Shown here in pieces: positions 15,701-31,700 of a DNA stretch of 64,000 nt (the first letter of the stretch is position 1; the number at the start of each line of letters is the position of its first letter). The position numbers and the translations under genes are program-made. Location of the stretch: NCBI RefSeq assembly GCF_009914755.1, contig NC_060937.1; one strand, 5' to 3'. The notes under the pieces were generated by a model. It saw only the letters and a list, made by a program, of their open reading frames with translations. It was not told where the DNA came from and ran no database searches. Origin of the DNA: the human T2T-CHM13v2.0 reference genome, Homo sapiens.

Positions 15701-18700
15701 CAAAAAATATCAAAGTACGCAAAGCATGTATTATATAGTGTACATAAAATATGAAAGTACATCAAATATATATTTTATTCTGTACATAAAATATCAAAGT
15801 ACACCAAATATATATTCTATAGTGTACATAAAATATCAAAGTACCCAAACTATACATTATATACTGTACATAAAACATGAAATTACATCCAATATATATT
15901 ATATTAGGTACATAAAATATGAAAGTACATCAAATATAAATTATATACTGTACATAAAATACCAAAGTACCCCAAATATATATTATATACAGTACATGAA
16001 ATATCAAAGTTCACAAACTATATATTATATACTGTACATAAAATATCAAAGTACACAAGGTATATATTCCATACTGTACAAAAAATATCAAAGTACCCAA
16101 AGCATGTATTATATACTGTTCAAAAAATATGAAATTACATCAAATATATATTTTATTCTGTACATAAAATACCAAAGTACACCAAATATATATTCTATAG
16201 TGTACATAAAATATCAAATTACCCAAACTATACATTATATACTGTACATAAAATATGAAATTACATCAAAAATATATTATATTAGGTACATAAAATATGA
16301 AAGTACATCAAATATAAATTATATACAGTACATAAAATATCAAAGTACCCCAAATATATATTATATACTGTACATGAAATATCAAAGTCCACAAACTATA
16401 TATTATATACTGTACATAAAATATCAAAGTACCCAAGGTATATATTCTATACTCTACAAAAAATATCAAAGTACCCAAAGCATGTATTATATACGGTACA
16501 TAAAATATGAAAGTACATCAAATATATATTTAATTCTGTACATAAAATATCAAAGTACACCAAATATATATTCTATAGTGTACATAAAATATCAAAGTAC
16601 CCAAACTATACATTATATACTGTACATAAAATATGAAATTACATCAAATATATATTATATTAGGTACATAAAATATGAAAGTACATCAAATATAGATTAT
16701 ATACTGTACATAAAATACCAAAGAACCCCAAATATATATTATATACTGTACATGAAATATCAAAGTTCACAAACTATATATTATATACTGTACATAAAAT
16801 ATCAAAGTACCCAAGGTATATATTCTATACTGTACAAAAAATATCAAAGTACCCAAAGCATGTATTATATACTGTTAATAAAATATGAAAGTACATCAAA
16901 TATATATTTTATTCTGTACATAAAATATCAAAGTACACCAAATATATATTCTATAGTGTACATAAAATATCAAATTACCGAAACTATGCATTATATACTG
17001 TACATAAACTATGAAATTACATCAAATATATATTATATTAGGTACATAAAATATGAAAGTACATCAAATATAGATTGTATACTGTGCATAGAATACCAAA
17101 GTACCCCAAATACATATTGCATACTGTACATGAAATATCAAAGTTCACAAACTATATTTTATATACTGTACATAAAATATCAAAGTACCCAAGGTATATA
17201 TTCTATACTGTACAAAAAATATCAAAGTACCCAAAGCAAGTATTATATACTGTACATAAAATATGAAAGTACATCAAATGTGTATTTTATTCTGTACATA
17301 TATCAAAGTACACCAAATATATATTCTATAGTGTACATAAAATATCAAAGTACCCAAACTATACATTATATACTGTACATAAAATATGAAATTACATCAA
17401 ATATATACTATATTATGTACAAAAAATATGAAAGTACATCAAATATAGATTATATACTGTACATAAAATACCAAAGTACCCCAAATAAATATTTTATACT
17501 GTACATGCAATATCAAAGTTCACAAACTATATATTATATACTGTACATAAAATATCAAAGTACCGAAGGTATATATTCTATACTGTACAAAAAATATCAA
17601 AGTACCCAAAGCATGTATTATATACTGTACATAAAATATGAAAGTACATCAAATATATATTTTATTCTGTACATAAAATATCAAAGTACACCAAATATAT
17701 ATTCTATAGTGTACATAAAATATCAAAGTACCCAAACCATACATTATATACTGTACATAAAATATGAAATTACATCAAATATATATAATATTAGGTACAT
17801 AAAATATGAAAGTACATCAAATATAGATTATGTAGTGTACATAAAATACCAAAGTACCCCAAATATATATTATATACTGTACATGAAATATCAAAGTTCA
17901 CAAACTATATATTATATACTGTACATAAAATATCAAGGTACCCAAGTTATATATTCTATACTCTACAAAAAATATCAAAGTACCCAAAGCATGTATTATA
18001 TACTGTACATAAAATAAGAAAGTACATCAAATATATATTTAATTCTGTACATAAAATATCAAAGTACACCAAATATATATTCTATAGTGTACATAAAATA
18101 TCAAAGTACCCAAACTATACATTATATACTGTACATAAAATATGAAATTACGTCAAATATATATTATATTATGTACATAAAATATGAAAGTACATCAAAT
18201 ATAGATTATATACTGTACATAAAATACCAAAGAACCGCAAAAATATATTATATACTGTACATGAAATATCAAAGTTCACAAACTATATATTATATACTAT
18301 ACATAAAATATCAAAGTACCCAAGGTATATATTCTATACTGTACAAAAAATATCAAAGTACCCAAAGCATGTATTATATACTGTACATAAAATATGAACG
18401 TACATCAAATATATATTTTATTCTGTACATAAAATATCAAAGTACACTAAATATATATTCTATAGTGTACATAAAATATCAAAGTACCCAAACTATACAT
18501 TATATACTGTACATAAAATATGAAATTAGATCAAATATATATTATATTAGGTACATAAAATATGAAAGTACATCAAATATAAATTATATACTGTACATAA
18601 AATACCAAAGTACCCCAAATATATATTATATACTGTACATGCAATATCAAAGTTCACAAACTATATATCATATACTGTATATAAAATATCAAAGTACCGA

Positions 18701-21700
18701 AGGTACATATTCTATACTGTACAAAAAATATCAAAGTACCCAAAGCATGTATTATATACTGTACATAAAATATGAAAGTACATCAAATATATATTTTATT
18801 CTGTACATTAAATATCAATGTACACCAAATATATATTCTATAGTGTACATAAAATATCAAAGTACCCAAACGATACATTATATACTGTACATAAAATATG
18901 AAATTACATCAATTATATATTATATTAGGTACATAAAATATGAAAGTACATCAAATATAGATTGTATACTGTGCATAAAATACGAAAGTACCCCAAATAC
19001 ATATTATATACTGTACATGAAATATGAAAGTTCACAAACTATATATTATATACTGTACATAAAATATCAAAGTACCCAAGGTATATATTCTATACTGTAC
19101 AAAAAATATCAAAGTACCCAAAGCAAGTATTATATACTGTACATAAAATATGAAAGTACATCAAATATGTATTTTATTCTGTACATAAAATATCAAAGTA
19201 CACCAAATATATATTCTATAGTGTACATAAAATATCAAAGTACCCAAACTATACATTATATACTGTACATAAAATATGAAATTACATCCAATATATATTA
19301 TATTAGGTACATAAAATATGAAAGTACATCAAATATAAATTATATACTGTACATAAAATACCAAAGTACCCCAAATATATATTATATACAGTACATGAAA
19401 TATCAAAGTTCACAAACTATATATTATATACTGTACATAAAATATCAAAGTACACAAGGTATATATTCCATACTGTACAAAAAATATCAAAGTACCCAAA
19501 GCATGTATTATATAGTGTATATAAAATATGAAAGTACATCAAATATATATTTAATTTTGTACATAAAATATCAAAGTACACCAAATATATATTCTATACT
19601 GTACATAAAATATCAAAGTACCCAAACTATACATTATATACTGTACATAAAATATGAAATTACATCAAATATATATTATATTAGGTACATAAAATATGAA
19701 AGTACATCAAATATAGATTATATACTGTACATAAAATACCAAAGAACCCCAAATATATATTATATACTGTACATGAAATATGAAAGTTCCCAAACTATAT
19801 ATTATATACTGTACATAAAATATCAAAGTACCCAAGGTATATATTCTATACTGTACAAAAAATATCAAAGTACGCAAAGCATGTATTATATACTGTTAAT
19901 AAAATATGAAAGTACATCAAATATATATTTTATTCTGTACATAAAATATCAAAGTACACCAAATATATATTCTATAGTGTACATAAAATATCAAAATACC
20001 CAAACTATACATTATATACTGTACATAAAATATGAAATTACATCAAATATATATTATAATAGGTACATAAAATATGAAAGTACATCAAATATAAATTATA
20101 TACTGTACATAAAATACCAAAGAACCCCAAATATATATTATATACTGTACATGAAATATCAAAGTTCACAAAGTATATATTATATACTGTATATAAAATA
20201 TCAAAGTACCCAAGGTATATATTCTATACTGTACAAAAAATATCAAAGTACCCAAAGCATGTATTATATACTGTTCATAAAATATGAAAGTACATCAAAT
20301 ATATAATTTATTCTGTACATAAAATATCAAAGTACACCAAATATATATTCTATAGTGTACATTAAATATCAAACTACCCAAACTATACATTATATACTGT
20401 ACATAAAATATGAAATTACATCAAATATATATTATATTAGGTACATAAAATATGAAAGTACATCAAATATAGATTATAAACTGTACATAAAATACCAAAG
20501 AACCCCAAATATATATTGTATACTGTACATGAAATATCAAAGTTCACAAACTATATATTATATACTGTACATAAAATATCAAAGTACCCAAGGTATATAT
20601 TCTATACTGTATAAAAAATATCTAAGTACCCAAGGCATGTATTATATACTGTTCATAAAATATGAAAGTACATCAAACATATATTTTATTCTGTACATAA
20701 AATATCAAGGTTCACTAAATATATATTCTATAGTGTACATAAAATATCAAACTACCCAAACTATAAATTATATACTGTACATAAAATATGAAATTACATC
20801 AAATATATATTATATTAGGTACATAAAATATGAAAGTACATCAAATACATATTATATACTGTACATAAAATACCAAATTACCCCAAATACATATTATATA
20901 CTGTACATGAAATATCAAAGTTCACAAACTATATATTATATACTGTACATAAAATATCAAAGTACCCAAGGTATATATTCTATACTGTACAAAAAATATC
21001 AAAGTACGCAAAGCATGTATTATATAGTGTACATAAAATATGAAAGTACATCAAATATATATTTTATTCTGTACATAAAATATCAAAGTACACCAAATAT
21101 ATATTCTATAGTGTACATAAAATATCAAAGTACCCAAACTATACATTATATACTGTACATAAAACATGAAATTACATCCAATATATATTATATTAGGTAC
21201 ATAAAATATGAAAGTACATCAAATATAAATTATATACTGTACATAAAATACCAAAGTACCCCAAATATATATTATATACAGTACATGAAATATCAAAGTT
21301 CACAAACTATATATTATATACTGTACATAAAATATCAAAGTACACAAGGTATATATTCCATACTGTACAAAAAATATCAAAGTACCCAAAGCATGTATTA
21401 TATACTGTTCAAAAAATATGAAATTACATCAAATATATATTTTATTCTGTACATAAAATACCAAAGTACACCAAATATATATTCTATAGTGTACATAAAA
21501 TATCAAATTACCCAAACTATACATTATATACTGTACATAAAATATGAAATTACATCAAAAATATATTATATTAGGTACATAAAATATGAAAGTACATCAA
21601 ATATAAATTATATACAGTACATAAAATATCAAAGTACCCCAAATATATATTATATACTGTACATGAAATATCAAAGTCCACAAACTATATATTATATACT

Positions 21701-24700
21701 GTACATAAAATATCAAAGTACCCAAGGTATATATTCTATACTCTACAAAAAATATCAAAGTACCCAAAGCATGTATTATATACGGTACATAAAATATGAA
21801 AGTACATCAAATATATATTTAATTCTGTACATAAAATATCAAAGTACACCAAATATATATTCTATAGTGTACATAAAATATCAAAGTACCCAAACTATAC
21901 ATTATATACTGTACATAAAATATGAAATTACATCAAATATATATTATATTAGGTACATAAAATATGAAAGTACATCAAATATAGATTATATACTGTACAT
22001 AAAATACCAAAGAACCCCAAATATATATTATATACTGTACATGAAATATCAAAGTTCACAAACTATATATTATATACTGTACATAAAATATCAAAGTACC
22101 CAAGGTATATATTCTATACTGTACAAAAAATATCAAAGTACCCAAAGCATGTATTATATACTGTTAATAAAATATGAAAGTACAACAAATATATATTTTA
22201 TTCTGTACATAAAATATCAAAGTACACCAAATATATATTCTATAGTGTACATAAAATATCAAATTACCGAAACTATGCATTATATACTGTACATAAACTA
22301 TGAAATTACATCAAATATATATTATATTAGGTACATAAAATATGAAAGTACATCAAATATAGATTGTATACTGTGCATAGAATACCAAAGTACCCCAAAT
22401 ACATATTGCATACTGTACATGAAATATCAAAGTTCACAAACTATATTTTATATACTGTACATAAAATATCAAAGTACCCAAGGTATATATTCTATACTGT
22501 ACAAAAAATATCAAAGTACCCAAAGCAAGTATTATATACTGTACATAAAATATGAAAGTACATCAAATGTGTATTTTATTCTGTACATATATCAAAGTAC
22601 ACCAAATATATATTCTATAGTGTACATAAAATATCAAAGTACCCAAACTATACATTATATACTGTACATAAAATATGAAATTACATCAAATATATACTAT
22701 ATTATGTACAAAAAATATGAAAGTACATCAAATATAGATTATATACTGTACATAAAATACCAAAGTACCCCAAATAAATATTTTATACTGTACATGCAAT
22801 ATCAAAGTTCACAAACTATATATTATATACTGTACATAAAATATCAAAGTACCGAATGTATATATTCTATACTGTACAAAAAATATCAAAGTACCCAAAG
22901 CATGTATTATATACTGTACATAAAATATGAAAGTACATCAAATATATATTTTATTCTGTACATAAAATATCAAAGTACACCAAATATATATTCTATAGTG
23001 TACATAAAATATCAAAGTACCCAAACCATACATTATATACTGTACATAAAATATGAAATTACATCAAATATATATAATATTAGGTACATAAAATATGAAA
23101 GTACATCAAATATAGATTATGTAGTGTACATAAAATACCAAAGTACCCCAAATATATATTATATACTGTACATGAAATATCAAAGTTCACAAACTATATA
23201 TTATATACTGTACATAAAATATCAAGGTACCCAAGTTATATATTCTATACTCTACAAAAAATATCAAAGTACCCAAAGCATGTATTATATACTGTACATA
23301 AAATAAGAAAGTACATCAAATATATATTTAATTCTGTACATAAAATATCAAAGTACACCAAATATATATTCTATAGTGTACATAAAATATCAAAGTACCC
23401 AAACTATACATTATATACTGTACATAAAATATGAAATTACGTCAAATATATATTATATTATGTACATAAAATATGAAAGTACATCAAATATAGATTATAT
23501 ACTGTACATAAAATACCAAAGAACCGCAAAAATATATTATATACTGTACATGAAATATCAAAGTTCACAAACTATATATTATATACTATACATAAAATAT
23601 CAAAGTACCCAAGGTATATATTCTATACTGTACAAAAAATATCAAAGTACCCAAAGCATGTATTATATACTGTACATAAAATATGAACGTACATCAAATA
23701 TATATTTTATTCTGTACATAAAATATCAAAGTACACTAAATATATATTCTATAGTGTACATAAAATATCAAAGTACCCAAACTATACATTATATACTGTA
23801 CATAAAATATGAAATTAGATCAAATATATATTATATTAGGTACATAAAATATGAAAGTACATCAAATATAAATTATATACTGTACATAAAATACCAAAGT
23901 ACCCCAAATATATATTATATACTGTACATGCAATATCAAAGTTCACAAACTATATATCATATACTGTATATAAAATATCAAAGTACCGAAGGTACATATT
24001 CTATACTGTACAAAAAATATCAAAGTACCCAAAGCATGTATTATATACTGTACATAAAATATGAAAGTACATCAAATATATATTTTATTCTGTACATTAA
24101 ATATCAAAGTACACCAAATATATATTCTATAGTGTACATAAAATATCAAAGTACCCAAACGATACATTATATACTGTACATAAAATATGAAATTACATCA
24201 ATTATATATTATATTAGGTACATAAAATATGAAAGTACATCAAATATAGATTGTATACTGTGCATAAAATACGAAAGTACCCCAAATACATATTATATAC
24301 TGTACATGAAATATGAAAGTTCACAAACTATATATTATATACTGTACATAAAATATCAAAGTACCCAAGGTATATATTCTATACTGTACAAAAAATATCA
24401 AAGTACCCAAAGCAAGTATTATATACTGTACATAAAATATGAAAGTACATCAAATATGTATTTTATTCTGTACATAAAATATCAAAGTACACCAAATATA
24501 TATTCTATAGTGTACATAAAATATCAAAGTACCCAAACTATACATTATATACTGTACATAAAATATGAAATTACATCCAATATATATTATATTAGGTACA
24601 TAAAATATGAAAGTACATCAAATATAAATTATATACTGTACATAAAATACCAAAGTACCCCAAATATATATTATATACAGTACATGAAATATCAAAGTTC

Positions 24701-24798
24701 ACAAACTATATATTATATACTGTACATAAAATATCAAAGTACACAAGGTATATATTCCATACTGTACAAAAAATATCAAAGTACCCAAAGCATGTATT
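12330..24798 (+). repeat. 5,289-bp tandem duplication (left copy later enlarged to 7,179 bp by the 1,890-bp duplication)
   Basis: Offsets 13176->20355 (7179), and 17075->22364 and 18087->23376 (5289 = 14x378-3). Junction at ~19510, where TTAATTTTGT-type sequence from ~12330-12380 resumes. Confidence 0.85.
13231..17010 (+). repeat. 1,890-bp (5 HOR) tandem duplication
   Basis: TAGATTATAAACTG at 13291/15181; CAAGGTTCACTA at ~13527/15417; CAAATTACCGAAACTATGC at 15081/16971. The 1613-aa ORF equals the 983-aa ORFs (20355, 32445) plus 630 aa. Confidence 0.92.
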
Positions 24799-27700
24799 AT
24801 ATACTGTTCAAAAAATATGAAATTACATCAAATATATATTTTATTCTGTACATAAAATACCAAAGTACACCAAATATATATTCTATAGTGTACATAAAAT
24901 ATCAAATTACCCAAACTATACATTATATACTGTACATAAAATATGAAATTACATCAAAAATATATTATATTAGGTACATAAAATATGAAAGTACATCAAA
25001 TATAAATTATATACAGTACATAAAATATCAAAGTACCCCAAATATATATTATATACTGTACATGAAATATCAAAGTCCACAAACTATATATTATATACTG
25101 TACATAAAATATCAAAGTACCCAAGGTATATATTCTATACTCTACAAAAAATATCAAAGTACCCAAAGCATGTATTATATACGGTACATAAAATATGAAA
25201 GTACATCAAATATATATTTAATTCTGTACATAAAATATCAAAGTACACCAAATATATATTCTATAGTGTACATAAAATATCAAAGTACCCAAACTATACA
25301 TTATATACTGTACATAAAATATGAAATTACATCAAATATATATTATATTAGGTACATAAAATATGAAAGTACATCAAATATAGATTATATACTGTACATA
25401 AAATACCAAAGAACCCCAAATATATATTATATACTGTACATGAAATATCAAAGTTCACAAACTATATATTATATACTGTACATAAAATATCAAAGTACCC
25501 AAGGTATATATTCTATACTGTACAAAAAATATCAAAGTACCCAAAGCATGTATTATATACTGTTAATAAAATATGAAAGTACATCAAATATATATTTTAT
25601 TCTGTACATAAAATATCAAAGTACACCAAATATATATTCTATAGTGTACATAAAATATCAAATTACCGAAACTATGCATTATATACTGTACATAAACTAT
25701 GAAATTACATCAAATATATATTATATTAGGTACATAAAATATGAAAGTACATCAAATATAGATTGTATACTGTGCATAGAATACCAAAGTACCCCAAATA
25801 CATATTGCATACTGTACATGAAATATCAAAGTTCACAAACTATATTTTATATACTGTACATAAAATATCAAAGTACCCAAGGTATATATTCTATACTGTA
25901 CAAAAAATATCAAAGTACCCAAAGCAAGTATTATATACTGTACATAAAATATGAAAGTACATCAAATGTGTATTTTATTCTGTACATATATCAAAGTACA
26001 CCAAATATATATTCTATAGTGTACATAAAATATCAAAGTACCCAAACTATACATTATATACTGTACATAAAATATGAAATTACATCAAATATATACTATA
26101 TTATGTACAAAAAATATGAAAGTACATCAAATATAGATTATATACTGTACATAAAATACCAAAGTACCCCAAATAAATATTTTATACTGTACATGCAATA
26201 TCAAAGTTCACAAACTATATATTATATACTGTACATAAAATATCAAAGTACCGAAGGTATATATTCTATACTGTACAAAAAATATCAAAGTACCCAAAGC
26301 ATGTATTATATACTGTACATAAAATATGAAAGTACATCAAATATATATTTTATTCTGTACATAAAATATCAAAGTACACCAAATATATATTCTATAGTGT
26401 ACATAAAATATCAAAGTACCCAAACCATACATTATATACTGTACATAAAATATGAAATTACATCAAATATATATAATATTAGGTACATAAAATATGAAAG
26501 TACATCAAATATAGATTATGTAGTGTACATAAAATACCAAAGTACCCCAAATATATATTATATACTGTACATGAAATATCAAAGTTCACAAACTATATAT
26601 TATATACTGTACATAAAATATCAAGGTACCCAAGTTATATATTCTATACTCTACAAAAAATATCAAAGTACCCAAAGCATGTATTATATACTGTACATAA
26701 AATAAGAAAGTACATCAAATATATATTTAATTCTGTACATAAAATATCAAAGTACACCAAATATATATTCTATAGTGTACATAAAATATCAAAGTACCCA
26801 AACTATACATTATATACTGTACATAAAATATGAAATTACGTCAAATATATATTATATTATGTACATAAAATATGAAAGTACATCAAATATAGATTATATA
26901 CTGTACATAAAATACCAAAGAACCGCAAAAATATATTATATACTGTACATGAAATATCAAAGTTCACAAACTATATATTATATACTATACATAAAATATC
27001 AAAGTACCCAAGGTATATATTCTATACTGTACAAAAAATATCAAAGTACCCAAAGCATGTATTATATACTGTACATAAAATATGAACGTACATCAAATAT
27101 ATATTTTATTCTGTACATAAAATATCAAAGTACACTAAATATATATTCTATAGTGTACATAAAATATCAAAGTACCCAAACTATACATTATATACTGTAC
27201 ATAAAATATGAAATTAGATCAAATATATATTATATTAGGTACATAAAATATGAAAGTACATCAAATATAAATTATATACTGTACATAAAATACCAAAGTA
27301 CCCCAAATATATATTATATACTGTACATGCAATATCAAAGTTCACAAACTATATATCATATACTGTATATAAAATATCAAAGTACCGAAGGTACATATTC
27401 TATACTGTACAAAAAATATCAAAGTACCCAAAGCATGTATTATATACTGTACATAAAATATGAAAGTACATCAAATATATATTTTATTCTGTACATTAAA
27501 TATCAAAGTACACCAAATATATATTCTATAGTGTACATAAAATATCAAAGTACCCAAACGATACATTATATACTGTACATAAAATATGAAATTACATCAA
27601 TTATATATTATATTAGGTACATAAAATATGAAAGTACATCAAATATAGATTGTATACTGTGCATAAAATACCAAAGTACCCCAAATACATATTATATACT

Positions 27701-27874
27701 GTACATGAAATATGAAAGTTCACAAACTATATATTATATACTGTACATAAAATATCAAAGTACCCAAGGTATATATTCTATACTGTACAAAAAATATCAA
27801 AGTACCCAAAGCAAGTATTATATACTGTACATAAAATATGAAAGTACATCAAATATGTATTTTATTCTGTACAT
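21170..27874 (+). repeat. 3,399-bp (9 HOR minus 3 bp) tandem duplication
   Basis: Marker ORFs 22364->25763 and 23376->26775 (offset 3399). Shared 3-bp deletion at ~22589/25988. Confidence 0.87.
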
Positions 27875-28729
27875 ATAATATCAAAGTACACCAAATATAT
27901 ATTCTATAGTGTACATAAAATATCAAAGTACCCAAAGTATACATTAGAAACTGTACATAAAATATGAAATTACATCAAATATATACTATATTATGTACAT
28001 AAAATATGAAAGTACATCAAATATAGATTATATACTGTATGTAAAACACTAAAGTACCCAAAATATATATTTTATACTGTACATGAAATATCAAAGTTCA
28101 CAAACTATATATTATATACTGTACATAAAATACCAAAGTACCGAAGGTATATATTCTATACTGTACAAAAAATATCAAAGTACCCAAAGCATGTATTATA
28201 TACTGTACATAAAATATGAAAGTACATCAAATATATATTTTATTCTGTACATAAAATATCAAAGTACACCAAATATATATTCTATAGTGTACATAAAATA
28301 TCAAAGTACCCAAACTATACATTATATACTGTACATAAAATATGAAATTACATCAAATATATATTATATTAGGTACATAAAATATGAAAGTACATCAAAT
28401 ATAAATTATATACTGTACATAAAATACCAAAGTACCCCAAATATATATTATATACTGTACATGAAATATCAAAGTTCACAAACTATATATTATATACTGT
28501 ACATAAAATATCAAAGTACCCAAGGTATATATTCTATACTCTACAAAAAATATCAAAGTACCCAAAGCATGTATTATATACTGTACATAAAATATGAAAG
28601 TACATCAAATATATATTTAATTCTGTACATAAAATATCAAAGTACACCAAATATATATTCTATAGTGTACATAAAATATCAAAGTAGCCAAACTATACAT
28701 TATATACTGTACATAAAATATGAAATTAC

Positions 28730-31700
28730 ATCAAATATACATTATATTAGGTACATAAAATATGAAAGCACATCAAATATAAATTATATACTGTACATAA
28801 AATACCAAAGTACCCCAAATATATATTATATACTGTCCATGAAATATCAAATTTCACAAACTATATATTATATACTGTACATAAAATATCAAAGTACCCA
28901 AGGTATATATTCTATACTGTACAAAAAATATCAAAGTACCCAAAGTATGTATTATATACTGTTCATAAAATATGAAAGTACATGAAATATATATTTTATT
29001 CTGTACATAAAATATCAAATTACACCAAATATATATTTTATAGTGTACATAAAATATCAAAGTACCCAAACTATACATTATATACTGTACATAAAATATG
29101 AAATTACATCAAATATATATTATATTAGGTACATAAAATATGAAAGTACATGAAATATATATTATATACTGTACATAAAATACCAAAGTAACCCAAATAC
29201 ATATTATATACTGTACATGAAATATCAAAGTTCACAAACTATATATTATATACTATACATAAAATAACAAAGTACCGAAGGTATATATTCTATACTGTAC
29301 AAAAAATATCAAAGTACCCAAAGCATGTATTATATACTGTACATAAAATATGAAAGTATATGAAATATATATTTTATTCTGTACATAAAATATCAAATTA
29401 CACAAAATATATATTCTATAGTGTACATAAAATATCAAAGTACCCAAACTATACATTATATACTGTACAAAAAATATGAAATTACATCAAATATATATTA
29501 TATTAGGTACATAAAATATGAAAGTACATCAAATATAGATTATATACTGTACATAAAATACGAAAGAACCCCAAATATATATTATATACTGTACATGAAA
29601 TATCAAAGTTCACAAACTATATATTATATACTGTACATAAAATATAAAAGTGCCCAAGGTATATATTCTATACTGTACAAAAAATATCAAAGTACCCAAA
29701 ACATGTACTATATACTGTACATAAAATATGAAAGTACATCAAATATATATTTTATTCTGTACATAAAATATCAAAGTACACCAAATATATATTCTATAGT
29801 GTACATAAAATATCAAAATACCCAAACTATACATTATATACTGTACATAAAATATGAAATTACATCAAATATATATTATATTAGGTACCTAAAATATGAA
29901 AGTACATCAAATATAAATTATATACTGTACATAAAATAACAAAGAAACCCAAATATATATTATATACTGTACATGAAATATCAAAGTTCACAAACTATAT
30001 ATTATATACTGTACATAAAATATCAAAGTACCCAAGGTATATATTCCATACTCTACAACAAATATCAAAGTACCCAAAGCATGTATTATATACTGTTCAT
30101 AAAATATGAAAGTACATCAAATATATATTTTATTCTGTACATAAAATATCAAAGTACACTAAATATATATTCTATAGTGTACATAAAATATCAAAGTACC
30201 CAAACTATACATTATATACTGTACATAAAATATGAAATTACATCAAATATATATTATATTAGGTACATAAAATATGAAAGTACATCAAATATAAATTATA
30301 TACTGTACATAAAATATCAAAGTACCTCAAATATATATTATATACTGAACATGAAATATCAAAGTTCACAAACTATATATTATATACTGTACATAAAATA
30401 TCAAAATACCCCAGGTATATATTCTATACTGTACAAAAAATATAAAAGTACCCAAAACATGTATTATATACTGTACATAAAATATGAAAGTACATCAAAT
30501 ATATATTTTATCCTGTACATAAAATATCAAAGTACACCAAATATATATTCTATAGTGTACATAAAATATCAAATTACCCAAACTATACATTATATACTGT
30601 ACATAAAATATGAAATTACATCAAATATATATTATATTAGGTACATAAAATATGAAAGTACATCAAATATAAATTATATACTGTACATAAAATATCAAAG
30701 TACCTCAAATATATATTATATACTGTACATGAAATATCAAAGTTCACAAACTATATATTATATACTGTACATAAAATATCAAAGTACCCAAGGTATATAT
30801 TCTATACTGTACAAGAAATATAAAAGCACCCAAAACATGTATTATATACTGTACATAAAATATGAAAGTACATCATATATATATTTTATTCTGTAAATAA
30901 AATATCAAAGTACACCAAATATATATTCTATAGTGTACATAAAATATCAAAGTACCCAAACTATACATTATATACTGTACATAAAATATGAAATTACATC
31001 AAATATATATTATATTAGGTACATAAAATATGAAAGTACATCAAATATAGATTATATACTGTACATAAAATATCAAAGTACCCCAAATAAATATTTTATA
31101 CTGTACATGCAATATCAAAGTTCACAAACTATATATTATATACTGTACATAAAATATCAAAGTACCGAAGGTATATATTCTATACTGTACAAAAAATATC
31201 AAAGTACCCAAAGCATGTATTATATACTGTACATAAAATATGAAAGTACATCAAATATATATTTTATTCTGTACATAAAATATCAAAGTACACCAAATAT
31301 ATATTCTATAGTGTACATAAGATATAAAAGTACCCAAACTATATATTATATACTGTACATAAAATATGAAATTACATCAAAAATATATTATATTAGGTAC
31401 ATAAAATATGAAAGTACATCAAATATAAATTATATAGAGTACATAAAAAATCAAAGTACCCCAAATATATATTATATACTGTACATGAAATATCAAAGTC
31501 CACAAACTATATATTATATATTGTACATAAAATATCAAAGTACCCAAGGTATATATTCTATACTGTACAAAAAATATCAAAGTACCCAAAGCATGTATTA
31601 TATAGTGTATATAAAATATGAAAGTACATCAAATATATATTTAATTTTGTACATAAAATATCAAAGTACACCAAATATATATTCTATACTGTACATAAAA

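Noticed and set aside
13176-18017. 1,613-aa ORF (also 1,420 aa at 53653, 1,109 aa at 23376, and others) as protein-coding genes
   Set aside because: They are translations of the 42-bp satellite in its stop-free frame. Ends are set by random nonsense variants, many starts are GTG/TTG, and there is no non-repetitive domain.
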